Source: Octopus vulgaris (Eukaryota). Taken from it: 64,000 nt of DNA. The stretch's first letter is position 1; each line of letters starts with the position of its first letter. A model generated the notes under the pieces. That model was not told where the DNA came from, did not search any database, and worked only from the letters and a program-made list of their open reading frames with translations. The position numbers were made by a program, and so were the translations under genes. Positions 38,476 through 52,834 of this stretch are shown here, piece after piece. The stretch is taken from contig OX597823.1 of NCBI GenBank assembly GCA_951406725.2, positions 47,802,001-47,866,000 of the forward strand, written 5' to 3'.

Positions 38476-40118
38476 TGCCATGTCAGTTAATTAAATTCTA
38501 CAAAATGAGTTGCTGAGATATTTAGGCAATGATAATTTCAGTGGAATTCTTTCCCTGAAAAAGAACTATTTAATTTTCGCTTTAGTTCAGTTAAATAACA
38601 TACCATGAAATGGCCCCCTTAACCCTTACAGTCTTGAAATAAATAAATAAAGAAAGAAAGAAAGAAAGAAATGTGCTCCTTGCCTGATTGCTTGAAAGAA
38701 ACAAGTAGCAGAAATTTATTTTGTTTGCTATATTATTACAACTGTACCGAATAACTGCTTTGATGCTGTCAAAATTATATGAGAATTCTTGTAGAATCTA
38801 GCAGTTGACAATGTGATTTCTATACCTGCTTGAGTGGACTAATACCAAGAGCTGGCTTACTTTTCAAGCAGAAGTTTATAAACTTGACTCTGTATGCATT
38901 GTAAGCAATTTACTTAAGTGTCTTTGTTTCACTGTTTGTTCTTATAATGTATCAGCTCAGAATCTTATTGTGGAACATTTTGAAACCTTTTAACACCTCT
39001 TCTTTATCGTCTTTTTTTTTTATACTTGTTTTTGTCATTGGACTGCTGGGAAACCACCACCTTGAAGGAGTTTATTTTTTTAAACAAACAAATCACCACC
39101 AATATTTATTTTTAAAATCTGTTCGTTTTTATGAAACTGCCAAGTTATGAGGACATAAATTAACCAATGTCAGTTGCCAAGGGAAAGGCACAAATACAAA
39201 AGGGGACACACACATACACACACGCACACATGTGCATGCACGCACACACATACTATGGGCTTCTTTCAGTTTCTGTCTATCAAATCCACTTACAACACTT
39301 TGGATAGCCTGGGGGCTATAGTAGAAGACACTTGCCTAAGGTATCACATTGTGAAACTGAACCCAAAACCACATGGTTGGGAGGCAATCATCTTACCACA
39401 TAGTCCTCTGTTGACCATTTTGAAGCTTTAACAATTTTGTTTTACACACGAAAGTTAATTGTAAAAACTAAATATCAAATTAAATAAATTGAATAAATTT
39501 TTCATCAAAATACTAGTTAATGTGAAATGTGATAAAAAAAAGCATTTTTTTTTTAGGTATAATGATAATTCTTTGGATTAATAAATTTTATGACACATAT
39601 ATTTCACTTATGAGGAATGGATCTTGGAAGACTAATCTATTAATTCTAGCAGGTGATAATCTATTCTTGTCAAGTTTTTGTCTAAACTGATCTCCAGGCA
39701 AAATTTCTAGTTAGATTTTAATGTAATTTAACTTTGTCAAAAGAGTTTTCAATGATAAAGTCTACACTTTGCGGAAAAAGTATAAGACCAAAACAAGTTC
39801 AGAGTTACCGCTCATAGTTGTCAACAAAATTTAAATATTTCGGTGATTGGGTTAATGTTTGCTTGCTCACCATATAAATATTTCTAATTAGATTTTTGAT
39901 GCTCACTACATTAAATATGTTAACACTAACTTAGCTGTTGTGTTTTTTGTGCTGATGGTGTCCCTGACCAATAAACATGAATGATTTATTTCTTACAGCA
40001 CTTTTTAGTTAGTCTTAATTGAAACAGATGTTTTACATACAGATATACATACTTGCATACATACAAACATACATACATATATGTCTCTGTGTGTGTGTGT
40101 ATGTCAATGAATTTAATA

Positions 40119-40189
<71 letters not shown>

Positions 40190-40864
40190 GTTAAAAGATG
40201 TTATGTTCATTGGCACGTAAAAAGCAACATCCAATTTTGGCCGTTGCCAGCCTCACCTGGCCTACGTGCCGGTGGCACGTAATAAACACCATCCAACCAT
40301 GGCCGTTTGCCAGCCCCATCTGGCACGTAAAAAGCACCCGCTACACTCATGGAGTGGTTGACGTTAGGAAGGGCATCCAGCCGTAGAAACATTGCCAGAT
40401 CAGACTAGGCCTGGTGCAGCCTTCTGGCTCCCAGACCCCAGTTGAACCATCCAACCCATGCTAGTATGGAAAGCAGACGCTAAATGACGATGATGATGAT
40501 GATGATATATATAAGTTAGGACAAAAAGAACATAACAAGCAGAATTGAGCAAAAAAACAACATTCAGAAAAATAGATGATGACGTAAAATAAGCAATAAC
40601 ATTATGAACAGGAAACAGGACAGAAATAAGATACATGGACCATTCACAGTAGATTTCCTCATCAGTCGGTTTCTGGAAAGTCCTTATAGTTTTACACATC
40701 TCTAGTACTGAGACTATTTGAATCCAGCAAGGTAACAGGGACTTAAGCTAAAAGCATTAAGCCTATATATATGTAATTCCTTTAAAGCCACGATACATGT
40801 ATTAAATAATATGTATCTCTCTCACCAGGTGGAATACTTTTGAATTTTGTTCATGGATCAGTAC

Positions 40865-40929
<65 letters not shown>

Positions 40930-40959
40930 GCATATATATACATACATATATATATATAA

Positions 40960-41170
40960 ATAAATAAATAAAAACCAAAGAACAAACGCAAGAAAAAACA
41001 ACAATGTGAGGATATGGTATATGTGAAGTATTAGCAGATGCTCAGGGAAGGAAAGAAAGAAGGTATTATGTTTTGAGCAAATCCCTTTGTCAGAAACAGG
41101 AGACGGAGGAAAGTCCAAGAGTAAAGGAAGATGGAGGGAAAAAAATCACCAATGATTCACATGATTACAT
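40960..41170 (-). mobile_element. Penelope pLTR/retrozyme-like remnant between (TA)n tracts
   Basis: Minus strand ctgacaaagggatttgctcaaaac reads as a CpG-decayed CUGACGA-stem-GAAAC core. Confidence 0.4.
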
Positions 41171-41261
41171 TTATATATATGTGTGTGTGTGTATATATAT
41201 ATATGTATGTGTGTGTGTATGCATGTGTATATATATATATATATGCATGTGTATGTGTGTA

Positions 41262-41314
<53 letters not shown>

Positions 41315-42422
41315 GTATGTATGTATGTATGTATGTCTCAGCAGCTGTTTTATAAATCTATGATAGATGATTGCTGCCCTTTCAAACATCTGCCAGTCTA
41401 TCACAAAGTATGATTAATTTGTAACTATTAACCAGACAAAATAATGCCAATAGCAATAATTACTGATTTCATTCAACTGATCCAACATATTCCTATTTAT
41501 AAATAGAATCCATAAAACGCCCATGTTTTATAAATGTTCTTATTTATAAATTTATATTTATCATAGCATTGCATTATTTAGTTAAAGATTTTGAGATTTT
41601 TAAGGATGTCATTTAAGTATTGTTCTATAGTTAACATTCTTGGAAATAATATCTTCAAACTCATTTCATTACACTAAATATTTCTGTTATATGTTGAATT
41701 TTCTATAGTTATGGTTGCTGAAAGCATAGCAGTTGAGCTTGATTGATCATGTTTAATATTCCATTTATGTGTTTGTCAAGCTTTGTTCAAAGCAAAATAC
41801 TTGAACTTGTTTCGTTAAAGTATTATTTAAGCATTCAAAGCCTTTGATTTTGTTTCATATTTGGGCTTGTTTAAAACATAAACTTACAGTAATGATTTTG
41901 ATTATGTCTCCAAATTTGTTCCATAAGTAGGTACAATGGTCAAACATACGCTTACAACTAGTAGAATAATATTATGAAGTTTTGGAAACATTCTATATGA
42001 GAAGAAGGGCCATTTTTCGTTGATAAGCTAAGATTAGAAATATACAGAGCAGAGTAAAATTAGTAGTGCAATTAATTTGGAACTTGAAAAGTTATAGGAT
42101 TAATAATATAATGTAAGCACAGATGGTATAGAAAGGAATTAATTTAAAAATCTGAATGTGATGTTTAATAAAAGTTTAGAATGAAAGAAAGAAATAGAAA
42201 ATATTCTAAGCTCTGTTTTAATTTCTTATAACATTAGTATAAAATATTGTATATTTGAAGAATACAATGGAAAATATGAGATAAAGATATTGTCTTTGAA
42301 GTGTCTTACTGTCTTTAGTGTAATACAAAAGATTTCATTCTCATTTCAGTAACAAAATACTAGGTATAAGGCCATACAAAATGAAACAGTAAACAACATT
42401 GGTATGAATAACTTGAAAGTAA

Positions 42423-42880
<458 letters not shown>

Positions 42881-43889
42881 AAATATATCATGTAATTAAA
42901 AAATATTAATTAAAGAAAAATATTAATTTGAAAATCAGTACAATGTTGCCACTTAGACCATATATCATATCACTTTCTGCAAAAGAATGATTTGAAACAA
43001 TTTAGTGTGGAGTGATGTTTTTTCTATCAAAACATTTCATAAATAATTAAGCTGAAGTCAAATCGGTTGGTGCAACATAAGATAATTGACAATAATAATA
43101 ATTTATTTCAGTGAAATATTTCTATATTCTTTTATTTCAGAAATTCCAGTTACAACATACTATAATTACAGAGTTTGAAGATAAATGCAAAACAATATGA
43201 CTAAACACAAAGAGAAAATTTAGTTATATATTATTATCTGACAACAAGATATCCTTTTATTTTCATACTAATAACACTCTTCTAGAAGAGTCTATAATCT
43301 TCAGCTTTTGCTAAAGGCTTGTTTTAAATGCAAAGAATTCTTTCTTTTTTTTTTCTTTTATAAATATAAAAAGTAAATTCAAATATATGAATCACATGGT
43401 ATGTTTTTCAATTTCAGATAGCTTTTGGCATCAGATTTAGAATTAGTTAATAGCATTATCGTATTTCATGAAGCCTAAAGCCTTGTTTAAGAGCTAATTT
43501 AATTTTCTTATAGTAAATATTTAATCTTTTACAAAGATTCTAAGCTAGTCAGAAACTGATTGAATGAAGTGACAAATTGAAAAATAGTTGTTATATCTTA
43601 GCAATATTCATCCTATTAATTAAGTCTTCTTTCTTTTCTTTTCTTTTCTTTTTATTTTTCTCTCAACTCCAATGAATAGCAAGTTTTTGTTACATGTTCT
43701 CAATACAGAGTTTAGCCTTTGATATCTTCAAATAAAATCTGTAATAAAAAACTTTAACTATTAAAATAAGAAGATATTCATTGAAAACATTGTTCTGTGA
43801 CAAAATTTGTGGGACAATTTGTTTAGAGTGTTGTACTAGATCTTCCGTTTTTACTACCTTGTAAACACTAACAATAATATTATTGACCA

Positions 43890-43982
43890 ATAATGACAAT
43901 GATGATGATGATGATGATGATGATGACGACAACGTCAATGATGATGATGATGAAGATTATGATGAGCCTGACGATGACAATT

Positions 43983-44014
<32 letters not shown>

Positions 44015-44180
44015 GGTGGTGGTGTTGGTGTTGATGATGTCGACAACGACGACAATGATGATGATGATGACAATGATGATGATGACAATAATGAGGATGA
44101 GGTGGAAGAAGACGCTGACAATGGCCATGACAATGATGATGAGGATGATGATGAAGATTATGATGAGAATGACGATAACA

Positions 44181-44216
<36 letters not shown>

Positions 44217-44347
44217 GTGGTGGTGATGATGTCGACAACAACGACAGTGATGATGATAACAATGATGAGGATGAGGTGGAGGAAGACACTGACAATGGCC
44301 ATGGCAATGATGACGATGACGATGATGATGACGATGATGATGACGAT
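43890..44347. repeat. Compound (GAT/GAC/GGT)n tract with an internal ~180-bp duplication
   Basis: gaagattatgatgag and gaggatgaggtggaagaagac.ctgacaatggccatg each occur twice. Confidence 0.85.
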
Positions 44348-44614
44348 ATTTTTTTTTATTACAAGGATTGTAATGAACACAGACCATACTTTACACAGCG
44401 AATATAAAATATAATGTACATGCAATTTTTTTGTTTTTCTTTTTTTAAATCATTATTGGAAAATAATTAAATAGATAAATAAGATAGATTAGGGTCGAAC
44501 AGGGGCATCCCACCAAATTGTTGCTGCTCTTTATTCTGCACAAATTACTCTTCTCTACAACATCTAGTTGATGTAATTAACCACCTCAATTATAGGCACC
44601 AAAGAAAGAAAGGA

Positions 44615-44670
<56 letters not shown>

Positions 44671-45559
44671 CTGTCATCAGGTTTTTGTAATGGAGAGAAA
44701 TTTTCTTTTTGAACTTTGTTTCACTTTAATGTTTACAGTCTAATGATATGATCTTTAGTTCTTTAGTATATTTAATATTCATCATGGCTAAGACCATACT
44801 GGAACCCCAGATGTACTTTATATACTTAAATATATAAGTTACATTAGTAGCTAATCGTTTATATTTTTTTTATTAATTTCAGTCAATAGACTGTGGCCAT
44901 GCTGGGGCACTGTCTCAAAGAATTTTTAGTTAAATGAATTGACCCCAGGGCTTTTAACTTTAAAATCTCTGGCACTTGTTCTATCAATCTCTTTTACTGA
45001 ACTGCTAAGTTATGGGCACATAAACAGACCAACAACAATTGTCAAACAGTGGTGGGAGACACACAGACATAAGGACACACACACACATATGCATTGGGCT
45101 TCTTTCAGTTTCCATCTATCAAATCCACTCACACAGATTGGGCCAAACATGGCCTAAGACTATAGTAAAAGATACTTTCCCAAAGTGCCATGCAGTGGGA
45201 CTGAACCCAGAACCATTTGGTAGGGAAGCAAGCTTCTTACCACACAGCCATGCTTATGCTGAATTTATAATATTTTGGTTTCAGCCTTTGACCTATCCAT
45301 AGAACAAATGTTGCTCTGGTTGACTATTACTTGTACTTTAAACAGTTGTGTTTAAATAATAAATACATTTAGCTGAAAAAATCCCATTTAATGCTAATAC
45401 AGTCGAGTAAAATCGGAAAACTGTAGATATCATAGGAATGGATATCTATAATCTTTCAGACTAACGTGTACTTTTAAATCACTGTTCCTGATTGGCTGAC
45501 AATATAAGCAACATCTAATGGAATTTAAGATTGTAGTCAATCTACAGAAAAGTGAGCGC

Positions 45560-45590
<31 letters not shown>

Positions 45591-45631
45591 TGTATGTATG
45601 TATGTATGTATTATGTATGTATGTATGTATG

Positions 45632-45670
<39 letters not shown>

Positions 45671-46854
45671 ATGCATATTACATACATGAATAGTGTGTAT
45701 ATACAAATTCTTGAGACTTTATATTGTCACTGCTGCATTTGTGAATCTAATTAAGGTTGAGCAATTGCATTTAGTTTTGTGCTTGACATCATCACTGGGT
45801 ATTTTGTTTGCAATTTTGATTTTCATAATGAACCATGAAATGACATGACCAACTTGTTCAAGATACTCATTGACTGGTATGTGTGTGTGTGTGTGTGTGT
45901 GTGTTTGTCCAATGCACATGCTGTGAATTTAAAGCTCAAAATAAGGGTTGATTGATAATTTGAATGTAGTTTTTTTGTGCATTTCCCAACCTTCCTTTTC
46001 TTCTTTTGTTAAAAAAAAAATGTCACTTGTGAGTTTACATGATACTCAATGGATAACTACAGTGCTCTAATTTCTTGTAAATTCTTTGATAAGCTGACTA
46101 CTGTTTATTAATTACATTATTGTTTAGACATAGTTTTAGTTGTAATTCTCAAACTCAAAGTTTACTAGAAAGGGTTGCATATACTAGCTATAATCTCTGT
46201 TTGAATGCAAGTCTAGATACTCAACTAAGGGTTGTGATTCTTGTTCATTACTCTCACATTTGACAGCTGAAATTTAAGGGTTATACTGTGGGGGAAAATG
46301 TACCACAAACAGCATAACAAAGCTAGCCCATCATACAAGAAGTTTGGTAGATATTGCACTTTACTTTATGCTCACATAACTCCAACCAAGATAAACCAAG
46401 ATGTACCAAGAGTGAATGCTAGCACCTACTCTATGAGAGCTTTTCTAACTAAAGAAGTTTTGTGGCTTAGAAGAACAACTTGCAGGTCTACCAATCATTT
46501 CAATCTTTCAATTAAATGCATCCTTTCTCTTTGGTACCATCTTCTCACATGATTAGAGAAAAGACACATTAGCTGATATAGTTCTAGAAACACAATGCCT
46601 GATGAGATCATTACAGTTGGAACTTGTACCGCGACCAGAGGAGTTTTTGTGATCATGTCCCATTTGTGCAGCTGTCTGGTTGCTGAAGTCTCTGTTTCAT
46701 GTCACATCTAGCAAAGTTTTAGATTAGCTCAGTGGCTAATCATAATGCCAGCACCTGTTCTAGCACTGTCATTCTATATATCATTAGTGAAGAGATTAAT
46801 TACTACTGTTTCTTGTGGTTGGGCATCCATCACTGACCAGACCAAAGAAGGACA

Positions 46855-47340
46855 AAATCATGTGATCTAGTGGGAGTTATCTCTCTGCTAGCGATATAAA
46901 CAAGAGTGTATTTTGCACCAAAAGCCATTACCGGAGTTTATCTCATGCTATCTACAACAGTATAGTTTGTTCTAACAGAACATTCATGTTTAAGTGGGGA
47001 TAAATACTACCTCTTGATATTGATACTGCTTCTGTTGTGAAAACATATTTTTTAACAAGTTCACTGACTAATCACAACACCAGCACCAGTTCTGACACCG
47101 TTCTATATATTGCTGGTGGGGAGATGAATTGCTGCTATCTCTAGCGGTCAAGCATCCATCATTGATGAGACCAAGGAATGTGGAAATCATGTGATCTGGT
47201 GGTCTTGGTACTGGAGGTGGTGGAGATTTGTCTCCCTGCTTGCAATATAAATAAGAGTCCACTTGCACCAAAAGCCAATACAAGAGTTTCTCTCATGGTA
47301 GCAACCAAAGTATAACTTATTCTAATAGAACGTATTAATA
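46855..47340 (+). repeat. Diverged direct repeat (~130-150 bp, twice), LTR-like
   Basis: aatcatgtgatct...tataaa.aagagt...ttgcaccaaaagcca.tac..gagttt.tctcatg at ~46855-46985 and ~47185-47335. Confidence 0.55.
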
Positions 47341-48525
47341 GTGCCTCTTTTGTTAATAAATAGTCTTGGATCTGTTTTTACTTCTCCACCTGATTCCAGA
47401 TGATGCTGTAATATGGGGAACTGTAGAATGAGGAACGAAGTGCGATTCCTCTACCTCTCAGGATCCCATTCGGTGTCAACTGTCCAATTAGGTTAAATCC
47501 AAGAAGTGCCTCACCCATCTAACCTATCACTAGAACCTATAGCAAATTCCCTCCCTAGCTTGTACATCTACATGTGTCCATCCACTCCCACTGCCCAAGG
47601 CCAAAGAGGCCCACATAAGCACTACTTCAGCCCATGTGACCTTGCTCACGTCTTCCTCTTCAGGTAGGGCCTTTCAGCCATTGACATCACTGACCCTTTC
47701 CACCCAGTTCACCTCATCCTCCACAGATGCTGTAACTACAACATCAAGCACAATCATTTGTGACTGGTGTTTCATTGTATTTATAGTTATTGTTATCCTT
47801 TAACCCATACTCTGACCTCTGATCAAAGCTGTGTACACTGTCATTTATTCGTACAGTGTATATCTAGGACTATATTTTCCAACATGTATCTTTTACCATT
47901 TATCTTTTACTTGTTTCAGTCATTAGTTTGTGGCCATGCTAGGGCACCGTCTTGAAGAATTTTTAGACAAATAAGTCGACCCCCAATACGTTTTTTAAGC
48001 CTGATACTCATTCTGTCAGTCTCTTTAACCAAACTACTAATGTTACAGGATGTAAACAAACCACCAGTTGTCAAGAAGCAGAGGAGGGGAGAAACAGTCA
48101 CATACAGATGCATACACAAACACATATACATATATATGTATTTATGTATGTGTGTGTGTATGTATGTATGTATGTATGTATGTATGTATGTATGTATGTA
48201 TGTATGTATATTCAGTTTCATCTACCAAATCCACTAACAAAGCTTTGGTCAGTTCAAGGCCATAGCAGAAGACCCTTTCCAATGGTGCCATGCAGTGGGA
48301 CTGAACCTGCAACCATGTGATTGGGGAGCAAACTTCTTACCACACAGCCGCAGCTGTGCCTATGTATGGTATATTTTTTTAGACAATAGGTTGTAATTTG
48401 AGAGAATTTTCACTGCTGTTTCAATGTAGAGGCTACCTTGTTACTTTATAATTTAGTTTTATTAGCCTGAAGTTCATTTTAGATCTCCCAAACTTCTCTC
48501 AACAGGTCTTGTTGTTTAATCCCAT

Positions 48526-49340
48526 AGGCGTAAGAGTGGCTGTGTGGTAAGTAGCTTGCATAGGGCTTGATCTTGAATGAGGCATGGGGGTTGGTGGAGT
48601 ATACGGGCACAAGCATTGTTGGGGAGGAATAGGGACAAGAGGTTGAAAAGCCTCAGTATTATAATGTTTATTGTATAATGCTTAATGCTTAATGCATGTT
48701 ATTGTGTTTAAGAGGCTTAACGCCCCAATTCTTAAATGGACTATTAGTCCAAAAATTATAAAACTGAAGTAAGAGGTACATTACTTCGTTTTGTCTTTTT
48801 CTGTACAAAAAGAAGAGAATAATGTTTTAGAGAAGCAAAAAATCGGTGGATGTTTTTGTCTTCTCCCATTAATATCATTCTTTTCATCATTCACCTCATC
48901 AATGTCTTTGTCCAGCTCGCAAGCTACTCTGTATCATGCCTTTATGGCGAAATTTTTGAAATAAAGTATCTTGTTTACGAACCACATGGTTCCAGGTTCA
49001 GTCCCACTGCATGGCACCTTGGGCAAGTGTCTTCTACTATAGCCTCAGGCTAACCAAAGCCTTGTGAGTGGATTTGGTAGACGGAAACTGAAAGAAGCCC
49101 GTCGTATATATGTATATATGTACGTAAGTATGCATGTGTGTGTGTATATGTTTGTGTGTCTGTGTTTGTCCCCCCAACATCGCTTGACAACCGATGCTGG
49201 TGTGTTTACGTCCCCATAACTTAGCAGTTCGGTAAAAGACACTGATAGATTAAGTACTAGGCTTACAAAGAATAAGTCCTGGGGTCGATTTGTTCGACTA
49301 AAGGCGATGCTCCAGCATGGCCAAAGTCAAATGACTGGAA
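48526..49340 (+). mobile_element. SINE family A interrupted in its head by an insert at 48560-48963
   Basis: Head ggcgtaagagtggctgtgtggtaagtagcttgc; resumes aagtatcttgtttacgaaccacatggttcc at 48964. Confidence 0.85.
48560..48963 (+). mobile_element. Unclassified structured insert, probable 5'-truncated non-LTR 3' UTR (copy 2)
   Basis: 10-bp TSD-like pair aagtagcttg (48549-48558) / aagtatcttg (48964-48973); homologous to 9431-9754. Confidence 0.72.
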
Positions 49341-50853
49341 CAAGTAAAAGAGTAAAGAGTCTTATTGATCAAACCAATCTGATGTCCTAAAAGTATTTCT
49401 AACTATAAACATCTTGTCATTTCTTCAGGCGTCGTCTATCTACGCCTACCATACCCAATGTTCTTTTTCTCTTTTTATGTAAGTAGAAATAGTATTAGTT
49501 CCATAGAGCATTGATTGGTTGCTATTTCTAGCAGGCTGAGTGACCATGTAGAAGTACTCACATTGCTGCTTTTGTTGTTGTTGTTGTTGCTGTTGTCACA
49601 TACTTCTTGTATCACTGCAACTGCTGCTGTCATTGCAGAAGCTGGTTATGCTGACAGCATAGTAGTTGTTATTTCATTTTAGTGTTCATTTTTTTATTAT
49701 TGTTTTTTGTTTCTACTGTTGTTTAACCCCAGGTCAGCCCTGACTCAGCAAATCTATGTTCAAAGACATTCCAGCCCATGACCTTTAAAGGGTGTTAGTG
49801 CAGTTGCTGTGTGTTTTTACATTATATATGTATTATATATGTAATGTATATGTATTATGTCTTTTATCTTTTACTTGTTTCAGTCATTAGCCGGTGGCCA
49901 TGCTGGAGCACCATGTAATAATCAAATTACATACTATGCACTTGAATTTGTTTTTGTTATTGCATATGGTTCTCTGATCCTGAGAAAAATTGTCTTGCAT
50001 GAGACCAGTCTGTGGAGCAAAAAGGTTGTTTTAAAATGTAAGCAGAACTACATCATCTGATATGGTCTCTGTTCAAGATGGTGAGGAAATGAACCCAAAC
50101 CACAGGGTTACCAAACAAGCTTCTGAATGATGCCACTATTACAATTCATATTTTTACTTGCTCCCATATTCTCAACTCCATACAGACTCTAACATACTGT
50201 CGCAACCCTATAGGAATGTCACTTATGAAGGGAGAAACATTCTTCAAAAATTCGATAATTTACTTAAAGGAGGTCAAACCATATTTTAAAATACTATTTT
50301 ACATTTTAACTATTCCAAAAAAGAAAAGCTACAATGAAAGATTACCTCCCCACCTTGTCATTCTCATGAAAAAAGAACAAACAAACAAGAAAACCTGTTG
50401 TTCATTATAACAAACAATAACAACACCAACAACTTTTGCTTTAGTGAAAGGATAGGATTCAATTGTCCAAATTTCCAATCAACTCAGTTTGAATAAACAA
50501 ATATTTTATTACTTTAAAAAAACAAAGTTTAAAACAAAAAAATTTCAATATAATTAATCAGGATATTTGATTGGTTTGAATAAAGAAAATAAAAAATGGG
50601 GTAGTAGAAAAGTTCAGCCTTTGAACTAATTAAAATATGAAAATAATCTCCATACCAAAATGTCACTACAGCGACAACAACACAGATGTAAAAACTTATA
50701 TAAATTGTTAATTTTTCAACAATGTTATAGATACGAAAAAATGTTCATCTGGAAATAAAAATATAAGAATTGATAATGTATAAAGTTGTAATAGATATGG
50801 ATAATTTAGATGGGTTTGTTGTTATTGCTGTTGTTATTATTATTATTATTATT

Positions 50854-51173
50854 CAGTAGTTTTATTTTTTATAGCGTGCTTTCACTTCACTACCGAGCGC
50901 AGCTCTGTGTGCCTTGGGTATGTGCTGTGATTTGTTGTGATGCTCTGATGGTTATTGTATGAAAAGTGTTCTGCGTAGGATGTGTGCAGTGCCTAGTAGT
51001 GCAATTTTCTGTATGTTATATGTGTTTGTAAGTCCTGGTGTTTTTGTTATGTATTTGTCTGAATATTTTTTTATCATGCCTAATGCACCTACTATGATAG
51101 GAATTGTTTCTGTTTTCAGATTCCACATTCTAGTTACCTCTATTTCCAGGTCTTTGTATTTTGAGAGTTTCTC

Positions 51174-51178
<5 letters not shown>
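50854..51178 (-). mobile_element. Second R4/Dong 3' fragment in (TAA)n
   Basis: Near-identical reverse complement of ~34345-34667; flanked by (TTA)n. Confidence 0.9.
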
Positions 51179-51208
<30 letters not shown>

Positions 51209-51764
51209 GAGTGAGAGAGCTGTGCATGCCATCAAAGTGACACTGGGGTAAAATATACGAAGCCCAATATACACATCATGACTACCCGTCTGATAAAGGT
51301 ACACCAGGCACATGCATCACAACCATATGTGCGCAACATGGTGATCTCATATCAAGATAAACAGCACATGACCTTGCAGGTGGGGCCCAGTTAGAATTTT
51401 CTTCAGGTTGAGTAGCCCATCCCGCTCAAAAGGTCCCTGAATAAGGGTTGTTTAAGGATGTTGAAAGAACCACCCATGTTTCCAGAGGTGAACTATTCAA
51501 ACCCCAAAGAATCCCTCTCAACACATGGCTATGATGCTCCCCCACTACTTCTGCTCGTGATCAGAGATGCACATATCGTCAGCCACTAAGGGACATGCTC
51601 AACTGGTTAAGGTCAAACAACTGACAAGCAAATCTGTGGTATTGAGCAGAATATTTGCTGTAGCCCATCTTTTATACCAAGACAAAACAATGTACATGAT
51701 AACACTTTCAATCAGTTAAGATCAGAAGCCATGAGAGCCACTGCCTGGTACTGCATCAGGGCAT
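51209..51764 (-). mobile_element. ~555-bp non-coding (TAA)n-flanked interspersed element, copy 1
   Basis: Repeated at 52272-52794 with the same ends; partial copy at ~26018-26190. Strand inferred from the (TAA)n orientation shared with Dong. Confidence 0.75.
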
Positions 51765-51772
51765 CATCATCA

Positions 51773-51839
<67 letters not shown>

Positions 51840-51849
51840 TATTATCAAT

Positions 51850-52260
51850 GCAGTGAGCTGGCAGAATCATTAGCATGCTAGACAAAATGCTTAGCCGTAT
51901 TTCGTTTGCCGCTACGTTCTGAGTTCAAATTCCGTCGAGGTTGACTTTGCCTTTCATCCTTTTGAGGTCGATTAAATAAGTACCAGTTTCGCACTGGGGG
52001 GGGGGGGGGGTCGATGTAATTGACTTAATCCGTTTGTCTGTCCTTGTTTGTCCTCTCTGTGTTTAGCCCCTTGTGGGTAGTAAAGAAATAGGTATGTCAC
52101 TCATTGCCACATTTTGAGTTCAAGTTCTGCCAAGGTTGACTTTACCTTTCATCCTTTCGGGAGTCGATAAATTAAGCACCAGTCATGTACTGGGGTTGAT
52201 GTGATTGACTTACCCACTCCCCACAAATTTCAGGCCTTGTCCCTATAGTAGAAAGGATTA
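51850..52260 (+). mobile_element. Nested/tandem SINE family B copies
   Basis: One head, then a body with the ...gccccttgtgggtagtaaagaaata tail, then a second body with the ggccttgtccctatagtagaaaggat tail. Confidence 0.75.
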
Positions 52261-52271
52261 TTGTTATTATT

Positions 52272-52794
52272 GAATGAGAGAGCAGTGTATGCCATCAAAG
52301 TGAAGCCCAATATACCTGTCTGTTAAGGGTACACCAGGCACATGCATCATAACCAAATGTGTGTGACATGGTGATTTCATATCAAGATAAATAATGCATG
52401 ATATTGCAGGTGGGACCATGTTAGAATCTTCTTCAGGTTGAGTAGCCCGTTCTGCTCAAAAGGTCTCTGACTAAGGCTTGTTCAAGGTTGTTGAATGAAA
52501 CACCCATGTTTCCAGAGGTGACTTATTCAAACCTCAAAGAATCCCACTCAGCATATAGCCATGATGTTCCTCCACTACTTCTGCTTGTGATCAGAGATGC
52601 ACATATCATCAGCCACTAAGGGATATGCTCAACTGGTTACGGTCAGACAGCTGACAAACAAATCTGTAGTATTGAGCAGAATATTTGCTGTAGCCCATCT
52701 TTTTATACCAAGACAAAACATGTACATAATAACACTTCCAGTCAGTTAAGATCAGAAGTCATGAGAGCCACTGCCTGGTACTGTATCAGGGCAT
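52272..52794 (-). mobile_element. ~555-bp (TAA)n-flanked element, copy 2 (more diverged, small deletions)
   Basis: Colinear with 51209-51764. Confidence 0.75.
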
Positions 52795-52798
52795 TAAC

Positions 52799-52834
<36 letters not shown>

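Noticed and set aside
43883-44407. 174-aa Asp-rich ORF
   Set aside because: Explained by a (GAT)n microsatellite with a local duplication; open in several frames and strands; no splice support.
46598-46632. CTGATGAG hammerhead-like word
   Set aside because: No GAAA and no stem I/II pairing.
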